DNA of 58,079 nt, counting the filler, from Sphacelaria rigidula (Eukaryota), in the NCBI GenBank assembly GCA_964200075.2. It is 4 parts of 4 records of this genome, joined end to end, with 100 filler letters (N's around TTAATTAATTAA, not from the genome) between each part and the next. Parts side by side here need not be neighbours in the genome. Positions count along the whole stretch, not along the records: positions 29,091 to 43,535 come from CAXNAA020002238.1; positions 43,636 to 58,079 come from CAXNAA020002239.1; 2 more parts are not named here. The stretch is one strand, 5' to 3'. Under the pieces are notes generated by a model. The model did no database searches. It was not told the origin of the DNA and worked only from the letters and a program-made list of their open reading frames with translations. Shown piece after piece: positions 37,201 to 50,000 of this stretch. Position 1 is the first letter of the stretch, and each line of letters begins with the position of its first letter. The position numbers and the translations under genes were made by a program.

Positions 37201-40200
37201 CTTCAGAACGGCAGATACAACGTAAAACACAACACCTGAAATCGACCCGGGGACATAAGAACCGCTGCATCGATCGAGTACTAATGATGGGATGGCGAAA
37301 ATAAAAGATCACCTGCATCGCCTTGAACGTGCGAGGGCTCTGCTGAACTCTTTGTTTCCCTTGCCCTGTGTCGACGAGCTTGTAAGCCGCGGTCTCCGAT
37401 AGTAAGTCCTCCTCTCCCAAGCACCACAGACGGAACATGTCGTGCATGATTTCTCGCCACAGTGTCAACGACTGAGAGGGCGAGGGGGCGGGGGTAGGGC
37501 GGTCAAGAGTTGGCGTTACGCAGTTTCTCGAGAGGCGGGAACTTTAAGATAGTCGCGTGCTGTACATAACTTTGATGGATCGAAATTCAACTACACTCCC
37601 GGCGAAGAGATTCTGCCCAGTCCAACTCGAATCTCGGGACCCCAGCGAAATCAGTGCTTTCACTCCAACTTTCAACAAACACCGGTAACGTGCATCCCCT
37701 CAAAGTGTGCCGTATCAGAATATGCATGCGATTACAACAGTCTCCTGTAGAAAGACCGCGGACCATTTCGAGTACAATTCATGGGTATTTCAAGCTGTCA
37801 TGACGTCCGTTTTTGCCTTTTACTACGGTATCTATACCTGCAAGGCGAAGTTATACTGACGAGCGTGCGAGTGAGTCAGTCGCGCCCCGCCCTCCCCCGC
37901 CGAGATGGCCAAGCAGTACTCGTAATCCACCGGCGTGTCCGGGGAGAAGTAATGCTTCAAATACGCGATCATCTTGTCGATCGGCACCCGGTTCGAGTTC
38001 AGGAAAGAGTCATTATCGCACCTGCAGCAGCACAACCCGAGCACACACATCACATGCACAGTGAGTGGTTCAGTTACGAACAGAGTATCACATACCCTGT
38101 CCCATGGCCAGCTGGTATATGCGTTGCACTATAATTTGCTGCCATGTTCTGCTAAAGCACAACACACTCGCCAAGTGAGCACTTTCCGTGAGGGGCGAAC
38201 TTGCTGGAGAGACGACTCGCTACAAGAACGAGAACGTCGGTGTCTCTCACTCACCCCATTTGAGTCCGAGAACGAAATACAGCGACGCGATTGCTGAGCT
38301 GAATGATCGCGTCGGTTTCTTACTCATAACGCATGATGCGCATGATGCACAAGTGGCTCGAACACACTACACGACAACTCACATGCTGTACAGACATGTG
38401 TGGATGTCCTCCTCCGAGAGCGTATGACTAGCGTAGCGACGCTTGATCTGTGCCACGGCGGTCTCCTATACACCACGATGACGAAGTTGGTGTAATCGTG
38501 AATGCCACAAACAAGTGGGAGAGCATTCGGCAAGGCGTAGAATCGAGACGAGCTTGCACAATGAAGCAAAAATTATCAAGATTGTTTACAATACAGGTTC
38601 AAACGACTGGATGCGGCAAATGCGCGACACGAGTATCTCAACCGTCTCTGCTAGCCTGACGAGTTCGGGGCTGCGAAGCATGTATTGTACATGAAATTAT
38701 ACGGTGCTGTATAGGCGAATCAATGCGTCCATCGGTTTACGTGAACCATCTAGCGCATTTCGGATACCAGGCACATGAGACTCCGGCGAGTGGGTGAATT
38801 TCGCAGTGCACATACGCTCTGGATGATGGTAAGTATTACTGGTACACGGGAATCCTCCCTTAGCACCAGCACATCATCATTTACCTTTCGCCTGATCTCT
38901 TTGTTGATCTGCGGTCTTGACCTCCCATTGGCCAACACCTCTCGCGTTGCCAACTCCGCGTTAGGATCGCTCAGCACTGCCAGCCCCCCCCTCTCCTTCA
39001 AGAACTCGTACACCGACTTGACTCCCCTGTTGTGATCGAAAATATAGTCAGTGTACGCACGATGGTCAGTTCTGCGTGCTCCTTGCGCGACTGAGTGGTG
39101 AGGGTGGGACTGAGGACGTAACAATCGCTCGCGGTCCTGCGCCGAATGAATCATGTAGAGTGCAAACACTCACTAATGATGAAATTGAGATACCAATAAC
39201 CACGACACATACGACGACATCGAGAATTACTGTCACAAGGACCTGCAAATCAGCATTTGAAACATGTACCTCATCTCACCTCTTGATCTTGAAGCCGAGA
39301 ATGTTCTGAATCTCTGGCGACATTGCGTCCTGCATGAGGTAAATCAGCTGTTCAATTCGCCGACCAGAAGGAAAGCAAAGGGAGCAGACGACAGCGAGAT
39401 TCGAAACGACGAGCCTAAGATAAAATGTCACCTCGACGCCTGCTCTCAACTGCACTTGCTCAACAAAGCGCAGAAAACAACCGACGGATACGCGCAACTT
39501 ATCCGTTTCAAGAAAAAGGCACAGCATACATGAAACACAGAATAACAGGCATATGTCGAAGTGGAGGAAGTCGGCAACGGGGCAATGCACACCGCCGGCA
39601 TCATCAAAATGTACCGTAAGAGAATCGACATGGTTGAGGTCAACGCCCGGACTAACAAAAAAAATGTCTTTGCTCTGTTGTGTATGTGCGGGCGATGGAT
39701 GCCGACGATCGAAGTCTGGCGAGGCACTTATCGCCAAATCGATAACATGAAAGGACTACCCGTGGAGACCTGCTAAGCGAGAAAAAACATAACCAAAACC
39801 ACAGGAGATGCCTTTACGTGAAGTAGCCGTGCGTCGAAAAAGCACACGTTCTCATGGCACTCTCCAAGTACTCAACTACTCCAAGGCGCGAAGCAGACAA
39901 ACCTTAGCGTACTCCGTGCGCATCTTTTCTGGGTTCATGATTTTGTGTCTTCGAGCGATCTCCAAGACGTCCTGAAAGAAGGGAGCATGGTCCGCGTAGT
40001 CTCGCTCCTTCATCATCGATATACCATTCTTGTAGTCCATCGCAATCACCACTCCCTCCAGGAAGCGCGTGATCTGGACACGATGAACATGATGGCATGT
40101 AGTGCGACGTGAACGACACGCAAGTTAGCATCAAACTAGCCACCACGTAGCGTTCTTCCCGCGAGCACACCACACGTGAGCGCCAACATGCAGTCCGTTA

Positions 40201-40679
40201 TAAAACATTTGGTCCCTCGGCTTGAACCCTACCGCATACCTCGGTAATCGCGCTTCAATCCTAATACACCATAACGCTTCGCTTTGTCGACACTCACAAA
40301 CTCGTCATGACAACATCTCGCTCCTGAGATAGAGCGAGCAACACAAGCATGAATCTACCTCCCGTATCTCTTGGCGTAATCGATGTCAATGCATGCACGA
40401 TATTTATGAATGCATCGTCAAGTGCAAGCACAAGACACAAATGTGCGCGGCGAATACGTGTTTCACCACCAGTTTGTACACTATACCGCTTACATACAAC
40501 ACACACACACGCGGGCAGTGAAAGTACCTGCTTAAGCATGAGGTTTTGGCGCTTGTTCGAAGAAGGGAAGTCGGCATCAACCCTCCCCGTGTAGTCAGTT
40601 ACAGATATTACAGACTCCACTAACCGCAGGTAACTCCGCTCGTCACTTGTCAGTCGCACCGGGATGAATTTCGATCGCT
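34204..40679 (-). CDS. UPF0652/DUF2009 family protein; 10 exons (40679-40528, 40073-39903, 39347-39280, 39026-38885, 38465-38383, 38021-37838, 37471-37313, 36726-36613, 36358-36159, 34324-34204); first exon unresolved
   Basis: All introns are GT-AG and in phase, giving ~464 aa. Family motifs [106 protein letters not shown]. Confidence 0.92.
35280..35532. mobile_element. MITE family copy 2 with perfect 8-bp TSD (contains a 10-N gap at 35455-35464)
   Basis: CAAGGGTCGGACAAAT.. / ..ATTTGTCCTAACCGTG; AAATGGTG at 35272-35279 and 35533-35540. Confidence 0.85.
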
Positions 40680-43368
40680 CTGAAAAAGACTCCCTGCATA
40701 ATGTTAACAGTAGTTGAGCAAAACGAATCGTCGGAGGTTGTGGGGTGTAAGGGTGATGCTCGCGTCAAGAAAATACTCCGCGAATCGTGACGCATCATGG
40801 TCAAGCGGTATCTCCATTTGAAGTGACTTTTGACGGCGCCGAAAAGCACTATGTGATCTGTATCGAGCTGAGAGGCGAAAACCCACGCATCAAGGCAATG
40901 CGATGTTGTTGGGATTCCGGTATGGGCACCTGGTACCTGCCTACACATCGCCAATTTTGTATGTGGGTGTGGTGGACATTGTTAAGAGTATTTTGAAGTT
41001 TTTTCGCCAAAAATGTAGTATTCTCGGAATCGTGGACGGGCACAAGAGTGCCAACGACAAAGGCACTCATGGTTGATGATTCCACTGTTTTTTCTGTGGC
41101 AGTTCATCTTCTCATCATCTGGCGCGTCTCTCTTCACTAGAAATCACTTGATGCCGTCAGCATCAAGTATCCGATGGCATCCAGTGTATGTCGGCCCGCA
41201 ACACCATGTCCCGGCGTTGAAGGCGGATGCCTGTACCTTGGTTGGACCCGTCGATCCATCGAGCAGTAGCAAAAGTACATGAAGGTACATAAAGGGAGAT
41301 GAAGCCGGAAGGGGCAACGAAGTTTACTTGGACAAAGCAACATTGACAGGGTACGTTGCACAACTGCGGGAACTGCTACGGTGTGTCCCGAGTACAGATT
41401 CAGCAGCATCCACCTCGCAGAATCTCAGGTCGTGTCTTTGCAAAAAAACTGGCCCAACAAAAAAGTAGGGAATAATCATTTCTTCGAGCTAATGTGGGCC
41501 CGAAAACAAAGGTAAATTGCTCAAGTTACGAATACCCCAGAGATCGTCTCCCATGAGGGTGGCGAGAGGTCAGGCTACACGACGAGCACCGGAATGCCTT
41601 CACCAACTCTCGAAGTTGCTGCGGTTCCCTTCAAAGTATTTACTACCAGCCTTTCAACTGTAAGACCTCGAAAATATTCACTTGAATTATTGGAACATGA
41701 GGTCAAGGTGTGGTGACCTGACTCACGTATTTTTTTGAATGTTTTTGCATGGACAGGAGGTTGTGCCCATGTATCGTGGCTAGGGTGACTAGCGAAGACC
41801 CTCGATCCTTTTCCGAGCCAGGCCGGGCGCATATTTCTGCTGTTTGTGACCATTTAATCAGCCTCATACATCTACACTTTGCATTATTGGTACTACTGCG
41901 ATATATGGTGATAACATGCCCTCTGGCTACGAGCTGGGCCAGCCAAGAGTAGGTGTGAATTTCGCTCAGGCGACGCACGGCGCGATATTAGGAATTGGAC
42001 GCTGAAAATTTGACAGCAGCTTTTTATGGTCGAAATGCAGAAGAACACGTGACCGGCAAATAAAAAAATAAAAAAATGAAGAAGTTTCATAAGTCCAGGG
42101 GAAAAATGATAATCTGCAGCTGGACACGTGAAGTGTCAGTTCCCTGGTTGCAGACGGTCTTCCTGAATTTTCAGCTCAAGAGTCGTCGAATTGGGCCGTG
42201 CGTTCAACATTTTCCGTGACGTTGCTGCACCCCTGTAAATCAAGTGTTGGGATACTCCAATTATGGAGGTCATGAGTTCGAATACCGATAGATTCTCTCT
42301 TTTTTTTCGTCCGTTGTTGAGGTAATACATTATGCAGTACATTTTTTTTTTCATGTTTTGCTTTATTCAGGGGCGGTGCCGTGTGTCACCAGGTTGGTAT
42401 GCACTTCACAGTGATATGCTCACATCGGGTTCATATGTTGGACTACGTTACATACCTTTTGAACTGTCCCGTACTTGAGCCACACGGTACCGCACTCTTG
42501 TTGTGCACTACACGGGGCTCGTTTTTTTCGTCAACGAACGGCTAAATACGACGCTACAGTCAGTGTGCCATCGCTCGGTCACTAGCACATAGTCTACGCT
42601 GCTTCCTGTGCCCGCTTTACTCCAGTCAGTGCTTAACCTCAGTGTACAGCTTCTTGGCAAGCGATGTGGGCACCTGGACTGCGCAGCAGTAGCTCTGTAC
42701 TGCACGCTTGAATGGTCGACGCTGGTCGTGAGGAAATTATTACGTCAGCCTCACGGCGGCACAGTCCAAATTATTCAAATCGTACAGACTCTTGAGCCGA
42801 AGTTTACCGGTCATCTGGTTATACTCGGCTTGTTTCCTGGGCCGTTCTGCGCGTCCTTGAACACGTCCCTTCCCCTTAAACCATATACCCCTTCCTCAGT
42901 AATCACCCACTAGATTGGTTTTGAAAATGGTGTTCTGAATCGCAGTCAAAGGGTTGACCTGCTTTTCGGCCAGAATGTAAAATATTTCCACAGGGCCAAA
43001 CAAGGGGCGTTCACTGTGGTATCGGAACTGAGACATGTGACACCATTTGTATCGACTAACTTACCTCTTGTTTGAGCTTGCATTGCATCGCATGGGGACG
43101 GTTACGGCATTCGGTACAGGTTCGACAATGAAGAGCACCACTTCGCGTGTGTGGATCGGGTGGGGGGTGTCGGTCTTGGATCAGCTCTCTGTGGTTATGG
43201 ACGTACGAATCAGCTGTGCGATTCTTTCCCGAAAGGTGGATCGTGATCACCTCATGATACGTCGGCACAACCTGTTCGGCACAATTTTCCTACCCTTGAT
43301 TCGCACAGCGCGATTCTTTCGCGTGCTGTCCCCACCCTTTTCTCTACAGTATGGGACGAGGAACACTT

Positions 43369-43535
43369 CAAGGATCGGACAAATCATGACTCGTCTCGAT
43401 ATGACTTGGTTTTAGTATTCTTGATTCGACTCGTAGGAATCAATCCCTAGGCTTTGTTCTCAGCGTTGCAACCCAGGTACACGCAGCCCAGACACATGGA
43501 ATGGCGCCAAAGCTGCGTGGATACCCCTTGGACCA
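43369..43535. mobile_element. MITE family copy 3, cut by contig end
   Basis: CAAGGATCGGACAAATCATGACTCG.. colinear with 35280-35445. Confidence 0.8.
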
Positions 43536-43635
43536 NNNNNNNNNNNNNNNNNNNNNNNNNNNNNNNNNNNNNNNNNNNNTTAATTAATTAANNNNNNNNN
43601 NNNNNNNNNNNNNNNNNNNNNNNNNNNNNNNNNNN
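43536..43635. other. Artificial contig spacer
   Basis: N44-TTAATTAATTAA-N44. Confidence 0.98.
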
Positions 43636-43885
43636 AGTAGGTCTCCTGTAGTTTAATGGGTCTCGTACGGATCTTTCGTAGTGTGGGTGCCCTTTTTTTC
43701 GTGTAGATGTTTTTGTTTATTGCCTTCTTCTGCGGGCTGTTTCGGTTATGGGTATATTGCTCCTCGCACTTTGAGACCACGGGTTCGAGAGATCGAGCTA
43801 ATGTGATGAATACAATAATAATAATAGTAATAATCAACCTATGAAGGCCGTTCCTGTGGCAAAACAAAGAAGTAACCGGTATTGC

Positions 43886-44103
43886 CTTTTTGGTCCTTCC
43901 GCGTCGTTTTACGCCTTCAAAGAGGGCTAGGCGGATGTGGACACCTTGGAGTACCTTGCTATGCTCATTGAGATGGTTCCAGGACATGCCTTTTTGGTTC
44001 TTCTGGGTCGTTTTACACCCTTCAAGAGAGGTCCGTTGTATGCGCATGTTGACACCTTGGAACGACTCGCTATGCTGACTGAGACGGTGCCAGGACACCT
44101 TTG
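43886..44103. repeat. Two diverged tandem copies of a ~105-bp unit
   Basis: GTCGTTTTAC..GACACCTTGGA..GCTATGCT..TGAGA.GGT.CCAGGACA occurs twice. Confidence 0.7.
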
Positions 44104-44513
44104 CGTTTTCCGGTGGCCGCAGTTTATTTTTCGGCCACAAACTTACATTTTTGTCCACCATGGATGCACTTGCTCTTGTACCTTGCTGGTTCTCCCGCAC
44201 TGAACTGCCTCACCTGACTCATCACACAGGCAATCGTTCAGACTAGTGTGTTCTGAAATGGCTTTTAGATACTGCAACCACTATCAACATCTGGGAAAAT
44301 GTTTCTCGCTCCTGCCGGAAACAAGGGTTTTTCACTTAATTTTTTGAACAAATATCGATATTTGGATCTTTAGTGGGGCTGACAGTCCCAAGTGCACCTA
44401 GCTCGCCCAGAGCGCGTTTTTTCCTGGCGCCGATTTCATGTCTGCCAACGCACACTTTGCCTAGGGCACCCTCTGCACCCTCCGTGCCCGAAGGTCGTCT
44501 TGAGACTTGGTCG

Positions 44514-44540
44514 GGGTTAGGGTTAAGGTTAGCGTTAGGG
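44514..44540 (+). repeat. Short degenerate interstitial (TTAGGG)n-like tract
   Basis: GGGTTAGGGTTAAGGTTAGCGTTAGGG. Confidence 0.55.
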
Positions 44541-47095
44541 CTGCACCTCAGTCACAGTACTAACTTTTAGACCAGATGGTGAACAGCTCTCCAAACAGAA
44601 GCGTTCTCAACGAGTGCCAGCAACGAAGAGTTGTGCTCGCCAACGCCCTAAAAAAAGCCGTGCACGCAAAATCCCTACGACCAACGGCAATGAATAGTGG
44701 CGGGGAAGTAGGCGGTAAAATAGCACGGGTTCAAGTCGTCAGTGCAGTATCTCCGTCGCAGACGCTGGTGCAGTGAGAGTACGTACTCATGTATGTACGC
44801 AGACGGTACTGTACAACGCACACTACCGTACATTTGGCAGTGATGCACTACTTACTCATTTTTGTTCGCGTTTGAAAGCCAGTATAATACTGTACTGTGT
44901 TAAATATCTTGCGCACACAACGGTGCTGTCTGCATTGTCAGTCCTTGATAGTGTCACCCTTTGAGTCATGCAGTCCCCACGTACTCCGTTGGTTTTCCAC
45001 CTGGTCGTGGCACTTAGCCGTGACCAAAACTTCAGCACTTCCACACTGCAGAATGAGAGTGCAGCATGGATAATTCCTTGAGAATCTATCGGCTGTGGGG
45101 TATTAATGTGAGGCGGTTTCGTTCAGGGGCAAGGCACCCATGTATCCTATCGTCATTAGAATAGCCCTCGTCCAGTGGGCGAGAAAGTGGTTCGCCGACA
45201 ACAAGAACGGGCACCGGTTTGCATGTGGACGTTCACACGAAGTAATTAGTGATGTTGACCTCCCAGCTGATAGGCAGAGGTCATTGCTTGTTCGTGTCTC
45301 AGCCAGGTGACGTGGTATACGACGAAGTGCCGACGGTGAACCACTCGGATTCGCCTTTGGGGAAATGTGACGTTGGCCGTACATTTTGGCTTCATTTATT
45401 TATCGATTTGCCGCTTACTGCCAATGGTGCATCTGGCTCTACTACAAGAAATGTAACGGAAACAAAACGAAACGGCGATGAACACCCACTCCCTGGATAC
45501 ACCTTCATTCGTGCTTCTGCGTCAGGAGCTCTTCCTATCCCGGCAGAATGTATCGTGTACTGTGTTGGTTCTACATCAGCACAACGAGAGTAGCTTCGCT
45601 GCGGGTAAATATCCACCCTGCCCTACGCCGTGTCTGCGCGAGCGGCGCTTGCGCCGAGGCTTGGGTGCTGGTCGAGTAGTACCAACTGGAAATATAGCGC
45701 GCCTGTATTTTTCTGGTCGTTAGCCTCCCTCCCCCTTTTTTTGCCCGTTCCGTGGTAACCACCGCGTTGACGCCTTTGATCGGCCTTCGAGGGTCTGAAT
45801 GTGGCTCCTCTCGGCGCGCAGTAGTACGAACAAAGGCTGCGATCCGGGGCAGTCGTGAAGCGTAAAAATTCTTCACGGGAGATGTCGCCGTTTTTTTTTT
45901 CACGGAGTCATGACATTTCCCGGTTTTTTGCTGAAATTTCAAATCGCTCTTAGCTTTCTGTTTGTCTTATTCTTGGCATCCCGTGAGATGTTGCGCGTAT
46001 TGATGATAAAAATGTCCGTTCGAAATTTCAGCGCCGTACTCCTCAAATTGAGCACCGCGTCACCCGGTTACCGACAAAAAACCACCGTCAGCTAACCTAG
46101 CTTGTACGTTGGACCGTTTTGGGCATGAGCAAAACACGTACTTTTGCGGAAGGGGGAAGAGACGGCCGCGAAGACCACCAGGACTATATTTACGGCGGTT
46201 TTGTGATGAAAATCGGAGTTCGACGGCCCCCTCGTACATGTCCTCAATCCACTGTTTTGGTGAGATGTTTGCGGGCTAGGAGGTAACCACGCGGCACCAC
46301 GTATTGGCCGTCGTTTACAGGGGTATCGCCATAGCACACAAAAAGTCGAAGCCGAGCAAGAATACTCCTTGGGTCACTGTAGACATGCTGGACGCAAGAT
46401 GGATGAGGGAGAGGAGTCGGTAGCCGAATGAATCAGCCTTCTTCGAGGATTCCGAACCCGCTATTGCAGGACGACCGGAAACTAGAAAATCCCGCGTGTA
46501 TGAGTGACTGTACTATATCCTTTTCTTTTTGTGCCTCTCTTTGCTGTCTTCCTGGCACAAGGGGGGAAGAAAGGGAGATGTCGCGCAGTTCTCGTGTTTG
46601 TTGCTCCCGCCTCGTCGTGACAGACCATACCACGTCGTCTTATCTCTATTTTGCTAGTGGATATTGTAATATGAGTGCGAAAATGTCTTTTCTTCGATCA
46701 CCTATGCTGTAGTTCGTCCAATCGAGTTCTCCCGTCAGCCCACCTCCGGTTTGTTGAACCTACTGTTGGGGTCGAGACTCTGTCGGCGAACGTATCCTCC
46801 GCTCCGCGTATGTGTTTGGGCGACCGGGCAACCAATCGGACGCGATTTGGATCCACCCCATCATTCTCATCATTAGGCTGGCACGTCTATCCCGCGAGCT
46901 ACCGCATCTATTTGCCCAAAATACAGTCGACAATTTATCTCCCCGCATGAACACGAGCCCACCTCGTTCGCCGGGTACTCCTATGGACACGTGGACAGGG
47001 CAGGCCGTTATGATCGTCCCACGTTGCTCTGGGAGATAGATGGCGATTGCGCAGGTTTATCTGATTCTCGCTTTTTTTTTTACTTCGATAGTTAG

Positions 47096-50000
47096 GGCGT
47101 GTACCAGAGCCTAGCGCCAGAGGGCTTCATGCTTCGGGCAGTAGTCAGCTACGGCTTCTAGACGTTCTGCCAGGGCGAAAGCGGTGCGCTGGGAGATTCC
47201 CTCAGCTCGAGAAGTTGGTGATCAATTACCCACTTCCAAAACGCGACGTCTCCGTGGAGTTCCCAACCTAGTCTTACTCGTGTTCGGTGTTTTCGTTTTC
47301 CTCCGAGTAGTATAATCATCAACTCCTGCTCCCTGACCACCGTCCGACTGGGGATGGCTGTGTCGAGAAAAACTAACCCCAACCAGCGATCACGACACAG
47401 CACACGCGTAGAAGGGAGGGACATGAACTATACACTGGTCTGTGTCCGGTGTCAGCGTGATGCAGCACACGAGCTACTTAGTGAGCCATGTCGACGGTGT
47501 CGAACTCTGGGCTCCACCCTGCAGCTGCTGAGTTTTATCCGGCACTGGGACCCAAACTTAACCCCGCAGCTGCTGAGTTTTGTCCGAAGTTGAGGCACTG
47601 CCACGGAAAACATGTTGGTGGCGATGAGATATTTGTGAGTACGAGCCAGATTCTGCGGACTGGAGCTAGCGGCCGACGCGAGTTGGAAAGGCTGCGCCCT
47701 TACCGCGAGACCAAGACGCAAGGCAAGTACCATGACCGACGTGCCAACGAAAATCGGAACAGAAAAACAGTCGCGCGTAAGATTAGAAGAAGAAATAGAC
47801 CCGAAAGGACGGTGGAACAAAGAGGGAAACGTGTAAATATAGTTGAGCCAAGGGATAGATCGCATATAAGGGAAGCTAAAGGTGGCCACCTACAACGTCC
47901 ATACACTGTCCCTCACGGGAAAGAACGGGGTTGGCCATGCTGGGGTGATTCTGTAAAAGTGTTCAGCGACGGGATGTGACATCATCGGACCGCAGGAAAC
48001 GAGGAGACCGGGCCGAACTGAGTTGCTGCCGCAGGAGGCCGTGTCTTTCGATGCAGAGCGAAGGGGGGCAAGGGGACGGAAGGTGTAGGCAATATGAGGT
48101 CGGGATGGCGGTCAAGGAGTCGGTCACCAATAAGGCGACGTGAACTCAGGTGCTCATCAGCGAACTTCTTATGTCGATGACTTTCAACGTCGCAGGCAAA
48201 TCGAGCGCTGCACCTTTGTAGTTGCCTATGCCCACACGGAGACAACAGAGAAAAGAGATATATATCCTCTGGAATGAGTTGGACAACACTGTGAACCGAG
48301 TTCCTGTCAAACAGCACTTGTTGATTTCGATGAATGCTACCGCTAGGACTGGGGTAAGAACAGGAGAGAACGACAGTAAAATGGTGGAGGCGTACGGCCG
48401 GGACTCCCGAACCAACGACGAGGATGGGTAGTACACATATGCTATCCGGACAGCAAGGAGATTCCTTTGCTACAATTTGTGGGTGACAATAGGCATGCCT
48501 TGGTCAACACGTTTTTTCCCACCCCCAAGGGAGGCATATCGCGTACGTTCAACGGTATTGCGGATCGTCCCGCGGACAAAAAATGCGTTTACTCCATCCT
48601 CACACGGCAAGATCACTGCACGCTTGTTTTCAATGTCACCGTCCACCTTCAACCACCCAACTTGCCGGACTCTGCTTGCAAGACCGTATTCGCCTCAGTA
48701 CGGCTCCTCGGTCGCTTCGAATCGAAAAACCTTGGCGAATGGCAACTGGGCGCAAACCGATCGACAGCCGGGCAATAATATCTAACACCGATAGGCGCGA
48801 GCAACTCACCCAGCTTATCATCAGCGAGCTTAAGCAGTTAACTTTTATACTGTTGGTGTGCTGGCGGCGAACTTCGCTGACATGTTCCTGAGCTCCGCTG
48901 AGGAGGTGATGCCCCGTCAGATCCGAAAGCCACGTATGCTGGAGTGGTTCAAGGATGCTGCCATCCGAATGGAGTTCGAATAGGCCTGGGATGAGAGGGA
49001 ACAGACGAGGTCGACGGTGCGACTGGGACCTAGAGATAACTCTGCATGACACACATTTGGAGCAGCGTGCAGGAAGCTCAAAGGGGTGACGCACGCTGGG
49101 GTGGACAGGTACCTGGAGGTGCATGCCAAGGTACTCGAAGGGTATGTTAGAATTGGGGACATGCGAGGATGGTATAGACACCTGAAAGGAGGGTGGAATC
49201 TGGCGGGTTGGTACTTAGAGAGCGAGTGATGCATTGAGGACGAGGACGGGAACCTACTGCTGGACAAAGGCTCAATCTATGAGAGATGGGGACGGTACTC
49301 CTCCACCTTGCTAGTTGCTATATATCGGTAAGTACTGAGCGAGCCGTCATGCGGAACATCGCGCAATGACCGACAGCGTTGCCACTTGGAGACCCGCCGA
49401 GCCCAAGTGAAACTGAGGAGGCCCTGAGAGCAATGGCAACGGCGAAGCGACGGGTCTAGATGGTCTACCGGCTGAACTCCTCAAGCTTGGATTGATCGGG
49501 GAGCCTTCGGAAATTATTCACCACTTCCACAGCGTCATCGCTGCGGTCTGGACGTCTGGCGAGGTGCCGCAGGAGTGTAAATATGCCACCATCAAGTGCT
49601 GCACAAGGAAAAGGGTAGGGCCGGGTGTGGTAACTACAGGAACATCTCTCTCGTGGCAATGTCTGGCGAAGTTCTCCTCAAGACCGTAGCCAGCAGGCTC
49701 GATAGTTTCTGCGAGGCGGCAGGGATGTTTCCGGAAGAGCAGCGCCGATGCAGGTGCCAACGATTGACCACCACGATGTTTGTGGCACGCCGATTACAGG
49801 AGTCGGGACAGACGGTCACACTGTCCTACTAAACACGTGCTTCATCGAGCCGCAGAAGGCCTTCGATACCGTAGACGGCACGCTCCTGTGGCGAGTGCTT
49901 GCCCGGTTCGTAGTCCCGCCGCGAATGATCACGGTCATCCGTAAGTTTGACGATGACATGGAAACTATCAGCGTTGTCCCACGGCGCCGCCGGACTCAGA

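Noticed and set aside
46990-47072. HDV-like ribozyme candidate (GGGGCA..TCCCACGT..TGCTCTGG)
   Set aside because: P3 and P2 cannot be completed, and it lies outside the candidate LINE TSD.
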